From NCBI RefSeq assembly GCF_009834535.1, contig NC_045696.1, positions 102,550,001-102,614,000 on the forward strand: 64,000 bases of DNA, given 5' to 3'. The translations under genes were made by a program, and so were the position numbers. Within the stretch, counting starts at the first letter, position 1, and each line of letters opens with the position of its first letter. This stretch comes from Camelus ferus (lineage: Eukaryota). The notes beneath the pieces were generated by a model. It worked only from the letters and a program-made list of their open reading frames with translations. It was not told the DNA's origin and made no database searches. Positions 11,678 to 22,240 of this stretch are shown piece after piece.

Positions 11678-13270
11678 TCAGAGTCGGGGTTTCCGGAGCA
11701 GGGTCTTGCTGAGGTCTTTGACCTCCTCGGGGCTATTGACCCGCTCGTAGCCCAGCACGGCCATGGGCTGGTAGCAAAACTCCTCCACCTGTTTGATCTG
11801 CTGAAAGGTGAGGGCAGTCCGCCAGGCGTTGGCGGCCTGCGTGGCGTTGCGTGCGGACACCACAAAAGGCTTGGAAGAGGAGCCCGAGCCACTGGTCATG
11901 TTGAGGGCAAACTGCTCCATTTCGGGGCTCACCAGCAGCCCAACGAAGTCATACACCCTCCGTAGGGTTTTGACGGGGTCTCCCACCAGGTCCTCATACC
12001 GCACCACCAGGTAGTGACCTTGCAGCCAGTCAGGGGGCTGCAGGGCCGTCTGCAGCGTCTTGGCCATGCTGTTGCAGATGACCTCCATGGCGCCAAGGGC
12101 ATGGTAGTCTGCTGGCCCTCCCATGCCTTCCTTCTTGGGACCCAACTTGTGGCCAGCGGCCTCCAGGAAGGGCATGCGGTGGGCTCGCGGGTCCCGGCTG
12201 CGCACCACCTGCAGGCTTTCACGGATGAGACCATGGCGCGAGCGGATGCGTGAGCTGGCCACAGCACGGGGATCGCGCACCAGGTGGATGACCTTGAGGT
12301 CTAGGGCCGGGTCGCGCAGCAGTGGCGCCAACACGGCCACGTCGAAGACACGCACGCCCTTGATGACCAGCGTGCGGTACTTGCGGCATTCCTCCTCGAA
12401 GCGCGCCAGGCGCTGCGGCGGGCACTTCTTGCACACGCGATCGTCCACCAGTCCCACGACCTCCTTGCGATAGGCGGGGCAAAGTGGCGACGAGCACACC
12501 ACCTTGTTGGTGGCAGCTCCAAAAATGCCCAGTGTGGTGAGGTTTCGACCCCCGCTGCCAGCGGGGCTGTACAGCTGGAAGACCGAGAGGTCGCAGCGGT
12601 AGAGAGCGCTCAGCATGTCCCGCGCCGCCCCTTGCAGAGAAACGGCGTCCCCTGGGTACAGTTTTTGCCACACGTGCCACACTGGCTCGTAGAGGAAGAA
12701 CACCTCGGGGTTCTGGTTGAAAAGCTCGCCGAAGAAAGACGAGCCTGAGCGCCACGTAGTGAACACGTACACCAACTGCCGCTTGTCCCCGCTGCCCCCC
12801 GTGCCCCGAGTACCATTACCAGGAGGGACTGCTGCCCCTGCCGCGCCGGCCCCGGCTGCCGGAGCCGCTCCGACGGCGGCGACCGGAAGGCGGTACGGGG
12901 TACGGGGATCCAAGCGGGTGTGTGCGCGGGGCGGCACGGCTGGAGGTGGCCCTGGGCGTCCCAAGCTGCCCGCAGCCGCGCCTGCCACTGCACCCGGAGG
13001 CCCGTCGGGGCTGCACTGCTGCAGTGGCTCCTTGTGCCACTTGTAGTCCAGGAGGTTGAGCATGGTGAGCACCAGCAGCAACGCGTAGCCCGCGCACAGC
13101 ACCAGCGCCTTCCTACGAAACACTTTCATTCCGAGCGGGGAGGCGGGCCAGCGGCGACCCGGGCGCCGGGGCCACGGCGGGAGCAAGGCGCGCGGCCCGG
13201 CAGCAGGCGCGGCCGGGAGCAAACGAGGGGGCGCGCCGGCAGGCAGGGCTCGCGGCGGGTTGCGGCTCAT
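11678..13270 (-). CDS. CHST2: Carbohydrate sulfotransferase 2 (GlcNAc6ST-1), 530 aa, single coding exon
   Basis: The frame from the ATG at 13270 reads MSRNPPRALP...MKVFRRKALVLCAGYALLLVLTMLNLLDY (type II TM)...VFTTWRSGSSFFGELFNQ (5'-PSB)...HLVRDPRAVASSR (3'-PB)...LLRKPRL*. A second in-frame ATG at 13129 gives a 483-aa form. The ORF-track start at 13558 is a GTG that is really a splice donor. Confidence 0.98.
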   Translation of the reverse strand: MSRNPPRALPAGAPPRLLPAAPAAGPRALLPPWPRRPGRRWPASPLGMKVFRRKALVLCAGYALLLVLTMLNLLDYKWHKEPLQQCSPDGPPGAVAGAAAGSLGRPGPPPAVPPRAHTRLDPRTPYRLPVAAVGAAPAAGAGAAGAAVPPGNGTRGTGGSGDKRQLVYVFTTWRSGSSFFGELFNQNPEVFFLYEPVWHVWQKLYPGDAVSLQGAARDMLSALYRCDLSVFQLYSPAGSGGRNLTTLGIFGAATNKVVCSSPLCPAYRKEVVGLVDDRVCKKCPPQRLARFEEECRKYRTLVIKGVRVFDVAVLAPLLRDPALDLKVIHLVRDPRAVASSRIRSRHGLIRESLQVVRSRDPRAHRMPFLEAAGHKLGPKKEGMGGPADYHALGAMEVICNSMAKTLQTALQPPDWLQGHYLVVRYEDLVGDPVKTLRRVYDFVGLLVSPEMEQFALNMTSGSGSSSKPFVVSARNATQAANAWRTALTFQQIKQVEEFCYQPMAVLGYERVNSPEEVKDLSKTLLRKPRL

Positions 13271-13431
13271 CACAGGTACTGCCCCGGCCGGCAGCGCGGC
13301 GGAGGCGGCCGTGCAACCCGGGAGCGGGACGTAGCGGCCCGGCTTCGTGCGCGGGGACTGGGGCCGCGGCTCCGAGGCGGGCGCGGCAGCAACGGCGGCT
13401 GGTCCCCGGCGCCCAGGGCTGGCTCTCCCAT
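13270..13431 (-). CDS. Upstream ORF (53 aa) in the CHST2 5'UTR; its stop overlaps the main ATG
   Basis: GCCGCTGCCATGG start at 13431. Reads MGEPALGAGDQPPLLPRPPRSRGPSPRARSRAATSRSRVARPPPPRCRPGQYL*, ending CTG TGA TG, where the A of TGA is the A of the CHST2 ATG. Translation is inferred. Confidence 0.55.
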   Translation of the reverse strand: MGEPALGAGDQPPLLPRPPRSRGPSPRARSRAATSRSRVARPPPPRCRPGQYL

Positions 13432-13452
13432 GGCAGCGGCTCCGAGAGGGAC

Positions 13453-13558
13453 CTGCCAGGAGAAGCAGAGTAAGCCCGTGCGCCCCAGTCCTCCTCCCCA
13501 ACCGCCTCTTCCCCCTAAGTAACGCCCACCCTCGGGTCTGCCTGGCTCCCCCGCTCAC
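13453..13558 (-). other. CHST2: CHST2 5'UTR intron (106 nt)
   Basis: Minus-strand donor CCAG|GTGAGC at 13558; branch-like CTTAC and pyrimidine tract TCTGCTTCTCCTGGCAG| ending at 13453. Confidence 0.75.
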
Positions 13559-16500
13559 CTGGAGCCGCGGGCGCGCCCCGGAACGGCCCGGGATTACGGC
13601 CCGGCGGTCTGTCCTGCTGTCACTCGTTCCTTGATTTCGCGAGCGCTGTTTTCCGCTGGGGGTCCCCGCGCCTCAGAGGGAGCTACGGGAGTCGGCAGCC
13701 CAACCTCTGGGCAGAGTTTCCGGGCAGCGGACGCCCTGCGGCTGAGGAAAGGAAACTTTCACCGGGCCCGGAGCCCTGCTCTGGGCTCCGCTGAGCCCAG
13801 TGAGCCAGGCTCCAGCGGCGCTCGGCCGCCCTCTCGGGAGTGTAGCTTCCTTCCTCGCTCTGGGGGACGAAGCTGGCTGGGGGAGGTGGGGGGAAGGGGG
13901 CTTATACGGGACCCAGCTCCCGGCAAAGCGGCTCCGCCTCTCTCGCTCTCGGCCTCCGCGCCCCGAATCTTCCCATCTCTCTGGCGGCGGTGGATGGGGC
14001 GCAGCGTGACCCTGCAGCGGCGGTGGCGGCAGCTGCTTCTTCCATCACCCAGAGGATGCCCGGGCGGGCATTGCCGGCAGCCCCGGCCGCTCCGTAGCCT
14101 CCGACTGGCCCGGAAACCCCCGACACACACAGCTCTAGGCAAAGGAGCTGGGGTCCGCAGCGCTCCTTTGCCCACCCCGCACCCGACACCAGACTCTTCA
14201 GGCCAATAAGGTAACTGGGCAGAGAAAGCCCTCGCCGCTGCTGCCGCTGCCGCCGCCCCGCGAAAGCAGCGCCCAGGAGGATGCTGCTACCCGACTCTCC
14301 CTACGCCGAGCCGCTGCAACGCGCTCGGGCCAGCCTCTGCGCGGCTCCTGCCAGCAGACGCCGGGTTGGTGCGCGCCGCCGTCTGTCGCTGCGGCTCCTC
14401 CCCTTCACCGCGCTGCCCTCCTCCTCCGCGCGTCCCGTGCCCGCCCCCTTCGCGGCACTCAACTCCCGCCACCGCCGCCTTGGGGGTTGGAGATGCGGGT
14501 GCCGATTTACAGCGGCGCCGCTTGGGCCGCCATCCGCGCGGCCGAGGCCGTAGCAGTCAGTGCGCCAAGCGCCATGGCGTGGACACGGGGTTCGAAGCGC
14601 TCGGGCGCCCCGACCTCTGGGAAACTTGGATTCTGCGTGCGGCTGCCGGACTCAACCGCACATTTTTGCTCTCGGAAAGAGTTAGCGATAAAGTTTGGGC
14701 AGAAACTCCCCAGCGGCTTCCCACTCCACTCTTCCTGTGGGTCGGCACCGCCGGGCCCCTCCGGGAACCGAGGACGCACCCGCCCCCCGGAGCGCTCCGA
14801 GGACGCCGAGCGCCGCTCTCAGGCTTCCCGCTCCCAGCTCGCCCGTTCCAGCTGGCGTAAGGCTTCTCCCTCACCGAGGAAGTAATAAATCTTTCTGACC
14901 CTGGGGTCAAAGAAGACGCTTCAGTTTTCCGGAGGAGTGTGCCGGCGGGGCGTCTTCTCCCAGCTTTACTCCACCTATGAAGAGGGCCTCTTCGGTTTTA
15001 TTACGCCCCCAGCAGCCAGACGCTCTCCCAAGCTCCGCTCGTGATGCTGCGTCCTCTGTGACTGACGTCCTCGGGAACTGGGGTGATGGGGTTCGGGGGT
15101 GACTCTTTGTTCTGATTTACAGTAAAATACTTATCTTGCTTCTTGGTTTTAGAGATGAGATCAAATGACTTGACCCTAAAGGAAACGCCGTTGTTGGAAG
15201 TAGATCATTTTCATTTGGTTTAAGTACTTTAAGACAATGAGGAACCGCTTTCTGTGTGGGTCTCGCTCGCTCTCTCTCCCCTGCCCCGCCTCGCCCCGCC
15301 TCGCCTCGCCTCACCAAAGGAGACTAAGCCATAGCTCAGTTTCATCCGCGAAATGGAGACAATTGTAATAACCTCCATAACTGAACAGTGATGGGGAGTT
15401 AGATGTCCAGATGATTAAATCTCACGTGAGCCCCAGGCTGAATCACTACGAATCGCCACGGTGCCAGAAGCTAACAGACTGATCTCCTGGAGGCGTTTTT
15501 CTGCGTCCTGTCCCGATGGACTTTTTAGAAGTTTGACAAAGTTAGGGCGTATTTATTTTTGAACTATTTGATGTAGCGTCTCTCAGCCAGAAGATCCTTC
15601 TAAATTTGAAATGTTGTTTGTGCCATTATTCTACACTGAGTCTTACAGAATCTTGGAAGTGCAAGGATTCTTGGAAAGTGACTTAATTCATTTGAGGTTT
15701 CAGGGTAGAAAAATATTCAAAGAACTTGACTTAGCCTCATTTCCCAGAAAGATCCATAATGCCACAGTAGAGTTTAGATCATTTTTCCCCCTGTGGTTCA
15801 AATAAAGTATAAGGATGAGATGTTTCTAGGACAGATTTTATGCAAATAGTGGGATAATAGAGATCGAATTTTAAACGCAGCTTTCCCAAGTAGCATAGCA
15901 TTATCTCTGGGAGCGTTCAGGACAGACAGACGTTTTTAACTGCTGTCTTCAGGCGAAGATGATAGTTTAACTGAGTGACATCACGTCTCTGCATTTCTAG
16001 ACCCACCCACTTTCCTTCCTGTGCTGTCTCTATCCCTGTCACTTCTTCCCTCTACTCTTTTCCCACAAAAACTAAAGTGATATTGACACATTCAAAAACT
16101 GATGGAAGAGAGAAGAAATTGAGGAGAAAAGAAAATCTCAGTGTTAGTATTCAGCATGGTTCCAAAAAAAATAATGTCTAATATTTTAAATTTAGTCCCT
16201 GGCTTTGTGGTTACTCAGAAAGCATGTGAATTGCAGTTATTTGATGGATGGACCCTTTTTTAAACAATTGTTTGCATAGACACAATTTTGTCTGCACTTT
16301 TGTAACACTTCGCTGAAGTTGGCAAAATAGAAAATCCATTTGCCAGATGCCCCCACAGTGAGCGCTCAGCTGGCATAAATGTACAGGTTCCAGCATCTCC
16401 ACCCTCTCCTTGTTTGCAAATATTTTGCCATATTGCCCCATGTCAGTTAATTCCCAACTTTGTTACAACTGATGACATCCAAAGACTTGATAATGCCTTC

Positions 16501-17309
16501 CTTCCCACATTTGTTCAGCAAGTCCTTTCATTTTAATCCACTTATCCCTTTAGTACAATCATGACCCAGGTATATAATAAGCTACATGATTTCATTGGCA
16601 GCGAAGCCAGTCATGCCACAGGTCTGTCCTTCAGCTCACTGTTGAGTTCATTGCAATTCAGTCTTTTCCAGGATGCTCCTCGGTCTCTCTCTTCTCTGCT
16701 ATCTGGGATGTGGAAAGGAAACTGCTGTTGGAAACTTGCTGTGGCTTTTATCTAATCTTGGGCAGAGAGGGGACCTAACATTCTGGGGTGCCCTAGGCCC
16801 AGTGCCCCACCTGTGAAATGTGACAGATCTTCCCAGACCTTCCTCCATAGTCTGCACTGGGAAAAGATGTAAGGCTGCAGTGCCCGGACAGTTCCTGTCC
16901 AGGCCTGTCCGTGTCGCTGGGGAGCTGCAAGTTTCACCTCAGGAATGCCTGCCCCTGGACATCAAGATAGATTCAGTCACTCAGTTTCAGCAAACATGCA
17001 TTTTCAGTGGAACTTCAGTGCACAGAATTAGATTAATCATAATCCTTGATTGAAAGGATAAACCACAGTTGCCATTAGTTAGAGGGTGGCCCTTTTCTAT
17101 TTTATATGATTTTAAATAATACAATGAATATTCATGAATTCATTATGGAGCCCAGGAACCTCCAGAGGTAACCAGTCTATTTAATTTAGTTTAAAAACTG
17201 AAATGAAATAGTCAAGTCCAAGGGGGAAGAATTGGGGGGGGGGGGCTTGCCTTAAATGCAAAAAAAACAAAAAGATATAGCCTGAATACTCTTATGATTG
17301 TGAAGGAAA

Positions 17310-17610
17310 TGAAGCAGTCAGTCATTTTAAATAAGAAAAATAACGGTCCCAGAGGGCTTTATGGGAGAGTTCTACCAGACTTTTAAGGGCTAGATAATTT
17401 CCACCTTATACAAACTCTTCCAGAGAATAGAAGAAGAGGGACTTCTTCTCCAGCTCATTCAAGGGTATAACTAGAGAGGGTTTTCAGAGAAATAGGTTCT
17501 TTTCACTGATTAATATATATGTTAAACTCCTAAATAAAATATCAGCAAAACAAATCTAAGTGTGGCAATCAAGCTAGGTTTGTCTTAGAAATATAAGAAT
17601 GATTTAATAA
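17310..17610 (+). mobile_element. Old L1 ORF2 fragment
   Basis: GAGTTCTACCAGACTTTTAAGG...AAACTCTTCCAGAGAATAGAAGAAGAGGG...CTCCTAAATAAAATATCAGCAAA. Confidence 0.7.
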
Positions 17611-17808
17611 ATATTTATTAAGCACCTAAAAGGTGCTAGTCTAACTCTGTGGGAAGCAAAAGTGAAACAGACAGGCCTGGTCCCTACTTTCACAGAATTT
17701 ACACCCTGGAATGGGAGACTTGGTATACGTGCACTTCAACAGATAGGTGCTATGGAAAAAATAAAATAGATCAATGTTGCAGGTGACTGGAAGCAACTCC
17801 TTTACATT

Positions 17809-17887
17809 GGGGAGGTGACCTTTGCAAAGGGGAGGTGACCTTTGCAAAGGGAGGTGACCTTTGCAAAGGGAGGTGACCTTTGCAAAG
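17809..17887. repeat. 4 tandem copies of a 19-20 bp unit GGGAGGTGACCTTTGCAAA(G)
   Basis: Directly visible; the units contain the palindrome CCTTTGCAAAGG. Confidence 0.95.
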
Positions 17888-17916
17888 AATAAGGAGGCAG
17901 CCAGGTGAAAACTGGG

Positions 17917-18161
17917 TATCACTTACATGTGTAATCTAAAAAATAATACAAATCAATTTATTTACAAAGTAGAAACAGATTCACAGACATAGAAAACAAA
18001 TTATGGTTACCAAAGGGGGAGGAAGGAGGGTTAAACTCAGAGTGTGGGATTAACATTATACACATTCCTGTATATAAAATAGATAAACAGCAAGGACCTA
18101 CTTACAACATAGGAAACTGTATTCAATATCTTGTAATAACCTATAATGGAGAAGAATCTGA

Positions 18162-18207
<46 letters not shown>

Positions 18208-18285
18208 CTGAATCACTTTGCTGTACACCAAAACTAACACAATATCATAAATCAACTATACTTCCATTTTTTAAAAAAAAGAAAA
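17917..18285 (+). mobile_element. L1 3' end with (CA)n, inserted in an L2
   Basis: Cetartiodactyl-type L1 3'UTR; TSD-like AAAACTGGG/AAAACTGAGG. Confidence 0.8.
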
Positions 18286-19469
18286 AAAACTGAGGGAAGG
18301 GCATTGCGTGCAGACGATACAGCAAGTGCAGAAGCCCTGGGGATATTTTTACAATACCTGAAGAGATGTCCTTAACATTAGACTTCGAAAAGCCATCTGT
18401 TAAGAAGCCCGGAAACGATGTTATAGAAGAAGAGTGCTCAGGCTTACTTCTCCGGCAACTTACGTGCTCATCACCAAGCGTGTCCCCCAGGTGTTGTCCT
18501 TGTTTGAGCACCACTCTCTCCTCCCCAGGCTCCACCCGCATGTGCTCAGCCTTTCTGCATCTTCGCCTTTGAGACCTGGACCAGCCATCTACCTCCTGGC
18601 TCTCACCTCGAAGATTGGCAACAAAACCTTGGCATTTCTTTCTGCAGTTTTCCCTCCCAGACGTTGGCAGACAGGGATGGGCTAACTGGACCAGGAGAGA
18701 TTTTCCTCTGCCAGACTAGACACCATCTTCTCTAGTGTGCCAGCCATTTCTTGCTGCCTGTAGTGGGCATCCCCTTGGGTTCTGCCCACCCACATCCATT
18801 CTTCCTTCCTTTGGTAACAATGTCTGAAAGACTCCACCCCATTGTATGTGGCTTTGGTGGGAACTTCGACCAAGAAACCCGCCCCCCTCCTCCCAGGGGG
18901 AATGTATGTGCTCTGGGCTCAGCAAATTAGATGAAAGTTGCATTCATTTTCATTCTTTCAGTCAGTCTGTAGACACTGAGCTCCTACTATGTCCCAGGCA
19001 ATCTATATCTTCATCAGAGAGACCAAAAGATGGAAAACAGTTGCTGCCCTCCCATCCCAAAAGTGGACCCTAGAGAGACGTCCCATTATTCTCTCAGAAG
19101 GGACCCTGTCCCTTTTAAGCCCACTATTTGGTTTTTCTTTAAATTTTGTGAGCTACTCCAAAGGCATCCACAAATTCCTCTCCCCATCCCCCCATTAAAT
19201 TTGTGAGAGTCAACTTCTGTTACTTACAAACAAAACTTCGTGGTTGGCACAGTGACTTACTGCCTAATTCCAGATTTGATTTCATTCATGCTTTGTCTTT
19301 GTGCCTTGTTCTCCATCTGCCCTTAAAGCAGTGCTTTCTCTTTTGAGTTCCCACCTTTAAATTCTAGGATCTCGCCAGCCAGGCATCCTAAGAAACTCCA
19401 GCCTCTGCATCAGCATCACTGACCTCACCACTCACACCTTTCTCTGGACTCATTTATCACCAACTGGAC

Positions 19470-20301
19470 TGGAAAAAGCCAGTTTTACACCAGTGTCTTT
19501 CTCCTTTACTATTCACAGAACACTTGACTACTTACTTCACTTCTGACACTTCTGGTCACCAAATGTGTGGATTTTTTCCCTCCGCACCAAGCAATTCTGT
19601 GGCACCAGGTGGTGTCCAGCAACTTAATTCTGATGCTATTTACCTGGAGATAGCATCAGAGCCCAGAGGTCAAGGGCTTAGTCCCACTAGACTGCCCCAC
19701 ACTTCTGCTGCCAATCACAAATCCAGATTGTTGCCTGGGATTCTGGCTAACTGGTCATAAGTAATAGGTTCCGGCGACCCCCTCCTCGGGTTCAATTAAT
19801 TTACTAGAGCGGCTCACAGAACTTAGGAAAAGTTTACTTGTGTTTATTGGTTTATTATAAAAGGTTATGATAAAGAATATAGATGAACAGCCAGATGGAA
19901 GAGATGCAAAGGGCAAGGTATGTGGGGAGACGCCCCCTGCAGGCGCACCGTCTTCCCAGCACCTCCCAGTGCCACCAACGACATGCAAGTTTCTTGAAGC
20001 CCCTGCTACTGGAATTCAAGGAGGCTTCCTCATGTAGTCATGACCAATGGTTAACTCCATTTCCAGCCTCTCTTCCCTCTCTGGAAGATGTGGACTGGGG
20101 CTGGAAATTCTAAGTGTCTAATCATGGCTTGGTCTTTCTGGTGACCAGCCCCCATCCAGGAGCCACCCAGGAGCCCACCCAGAGTGACTTCATTAGAACA
20201 AAAGATGTTCCTAGTGCTCTTCTGACTTAGGAAACTACAATGGTTTAGCAGTGCTGTGTCCTGGGGCAGAGACCAATATATATATTTCTCACTATCTCAC
20301 A
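19470..20301 (-). mobile_element. MER21-like LTR
   Basis: The reverse complement begins TGTGAGATAGTGAGAAATATATATATTGGTCTCTGCCCC; internal TTAATTTACTAGAGCGGCTCACAGAACT is typical of MER21. Confidence 0.75.
19931..19943 (-). promoter_or_regulatory. Candidate CTCF core inside the MER21 LTR
   Basis: Minus strand reads CCTGCAGGGGGCG. Confidence 0.35.
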
Positions 20302-22076
20302 CTAAGATTGATTGGGGCACTTATTCAACCTGTGACGTACTGGGCCCTTTTATTACCATTTAATTACAGCCCCACATTCAAAAAAGATAGTAGGAATTTG
20401 AGGTAGCCCGCAAAGATAAATACAAGAAAATGCATTCATGTGATTTCCTTCTTCACTGCTTTATTCCCAACACTGGCACTGTATCTGACATCTAAGTGCT
20501 CAAACAATATTTATTGGCTAATTTACTATGGGTCCTTAAAAAGGAATTATGCAGTATAGAAAGTGCCCTGTTTCCTTAAATATGTCTCTATGTTCTACAA
20601 TAAAAATAACTGTAGAGTTGGGGCAGAAGGTGCTGGTTCTTATAGGCCGTCAATGCAATCTAACATTGTAACGTCAACGCTCAGTTCAGTAAAGGTACTT
20701 TAGTGCGGGCTACGTCCACCCTCCGATGGTAGGGCCCGCTGCCCCATCTCCGCAGGCTGCGTGAAGCTATCATCATGCCCACGTGTACCGGGATGAATCT
20801 CCTCTAGGAAGAGGCTACTTGGAGAAACTACTGCCTGCAAATAAGAGACTCAGCTTCTGTCAACTCTTCCTGCATCTCCACGCCAAACATCTCCCAGCAG
20901 CGGCCAGAGCTGTGTCTTGCGCTATCTTCAGCTAGAAAGTGGTCTTGAAGCATTTGGAAAATCATTTAATTCCCCCTACTTCCCCCCTCAGTTTCCCAGG
21001 ACTCAGGAGTTAAGAACACACTAAATGGGGTTGACTGGGGAGTGTGCAGCATGCCTTGCTCTGACCACCGCCCTCATCCCCAGACTGGAGCTCCAGTTCC
21101 CAGAAATTGCTCCTTGGAGCAAACCTGTTCTCTCCATGGACAGCCTGTCCCCTGACAGTTGGGTACTCAGGGGTTCGTCCTCTCTATACCCCTTAGGCGA
21201 TGGCCAACCCCTCACCTGGATCCATCTCTCACCTGGTCCTGATCAGTCAGGAGCGGCTCTCACTGTATTTTGAAACACAATATTTGAAAAACTGAAGGAG
21301 CTTTGACACTGAGGTTTTAGTCCATGATCATAAGTGCTTTAAAAATAATCAACCAGTCACCAAAATCAACTGTCATGAGGAAGCAGAGATAACATCACAT
21401 TAATAGAAACTCCATGGGACATCCACATGGCTGTGCAGTAATAGAATTCTGTTTAAAACAAATAAAGGGCTGTCTAGTGTGATATACCCCCTGCCTTCAA
21501 TGTGACTTCTACCTCAGGTACCACCATCTCTGATAAAAGGCTATCAACTGGAAAACTCTCTCTTTACTGACAGAAGAAATTAAGTTCCTTGAGATTCAGA
21601 AACAAGATGTAGTGACTCATATACAGAATTTGAAATGAACCCTGGATTAAATTTCCTACAAGTTGACTTACGAGTTCTATGTTCTTGGACAAGGTCTGTC
21701 ATCTCCTTGGGCTTCAATTTTCCATCTGTAATATTAGGATATTAATAGCTGTCTCTCCAAATGGCTAGAAAAATCCAGGTATAGGAGGCACACGGCGTGG
21801 CTCAGAGTGCTCAGAAAACAATAAGGACTCTTCTCCTTCAGGAGGAATGAACTCCGGGTCTGCAGGAAAGAAGGACGCCATATCATTTTCTCAACCCCTT
21901 CTTCGGTAGGGACATTTGGGGGTCTGGTTTGGCGAGGGCTTTTTTCAAGGTAGGGAGCATTCTGGTTGAAGTTTGCAAGGGTAGAAGATGGGGAGGAGGG
22001 TTCAGTGGTTAGAAGAGAGGATGGGGACTTCGCAGCAGGAGCTGACCTTGGGATTCGTGGGACTTGACATCCCCTG

Positions 22077-22240
22077 GGACTTGCTTCTCGAAATGTGGTC
22101 GGTGGATCAGCTGAATCAAGGTCACCTGAGAACTTGTTAGAAATGCAGAATCTCAGGCCCCAGATGACTTCCATCAGAATCCAGATTTTAACAAGATCCT
22201 TGAGTGACTGATCTGCACATCAGAGTTTGGGGAGCCTGGT
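22077..22240. mobile_element. MER5-type hAT-Charlie element
   Basis: CACCTGAGAACTTGTTAGAAATGCAGAATCTCAGGCCCC...TTTTAACAAGATCC. Similar pieces at ~25150-25280, 42850-42950 and 61605-61740. Confidence 0.7.

Larger units (their letters stand above)
11700..15100. promoter_or_regulatory. CHST2: CpG island covering the CHST2 CDS, 5'UTR and promoter
   Basis: Very high GC and CpG density, GC boxes, CCAAT near 14203 and a (GCC/GCT)n run at 14235-14258. The exact TSS cannot be determined from sequence. Confidence 0.92.

Noticed and set aside
13271..13558. 96-aa N-terminal extension of CHST2 in the 626-aa ORF
   Set aside because: It starts at a GTG that is the 5'UTR splice donor and runs through the intron. 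After splicing, the frame is closed by TGA near 13620 with no in-frame ATG.
14203..14216. Plus-strand donor AAG|GTAACT suggesting a divergent/antisense lncRNA exon
   Set aside because: A single motif with no supportable partner acceptor or TSS.
12900..14910. Many overlapping 100-200 aa ORFs on both strands
   Set aside because: Expected from stop-codon scarcity in a CpG island; low-complexity Arg/Pro/Gly products.
17809..17887. CRISPR-like palindromic repeats
   Set aside because: No spacers, mammalian context and no cas genes; a simple tandem repeat.
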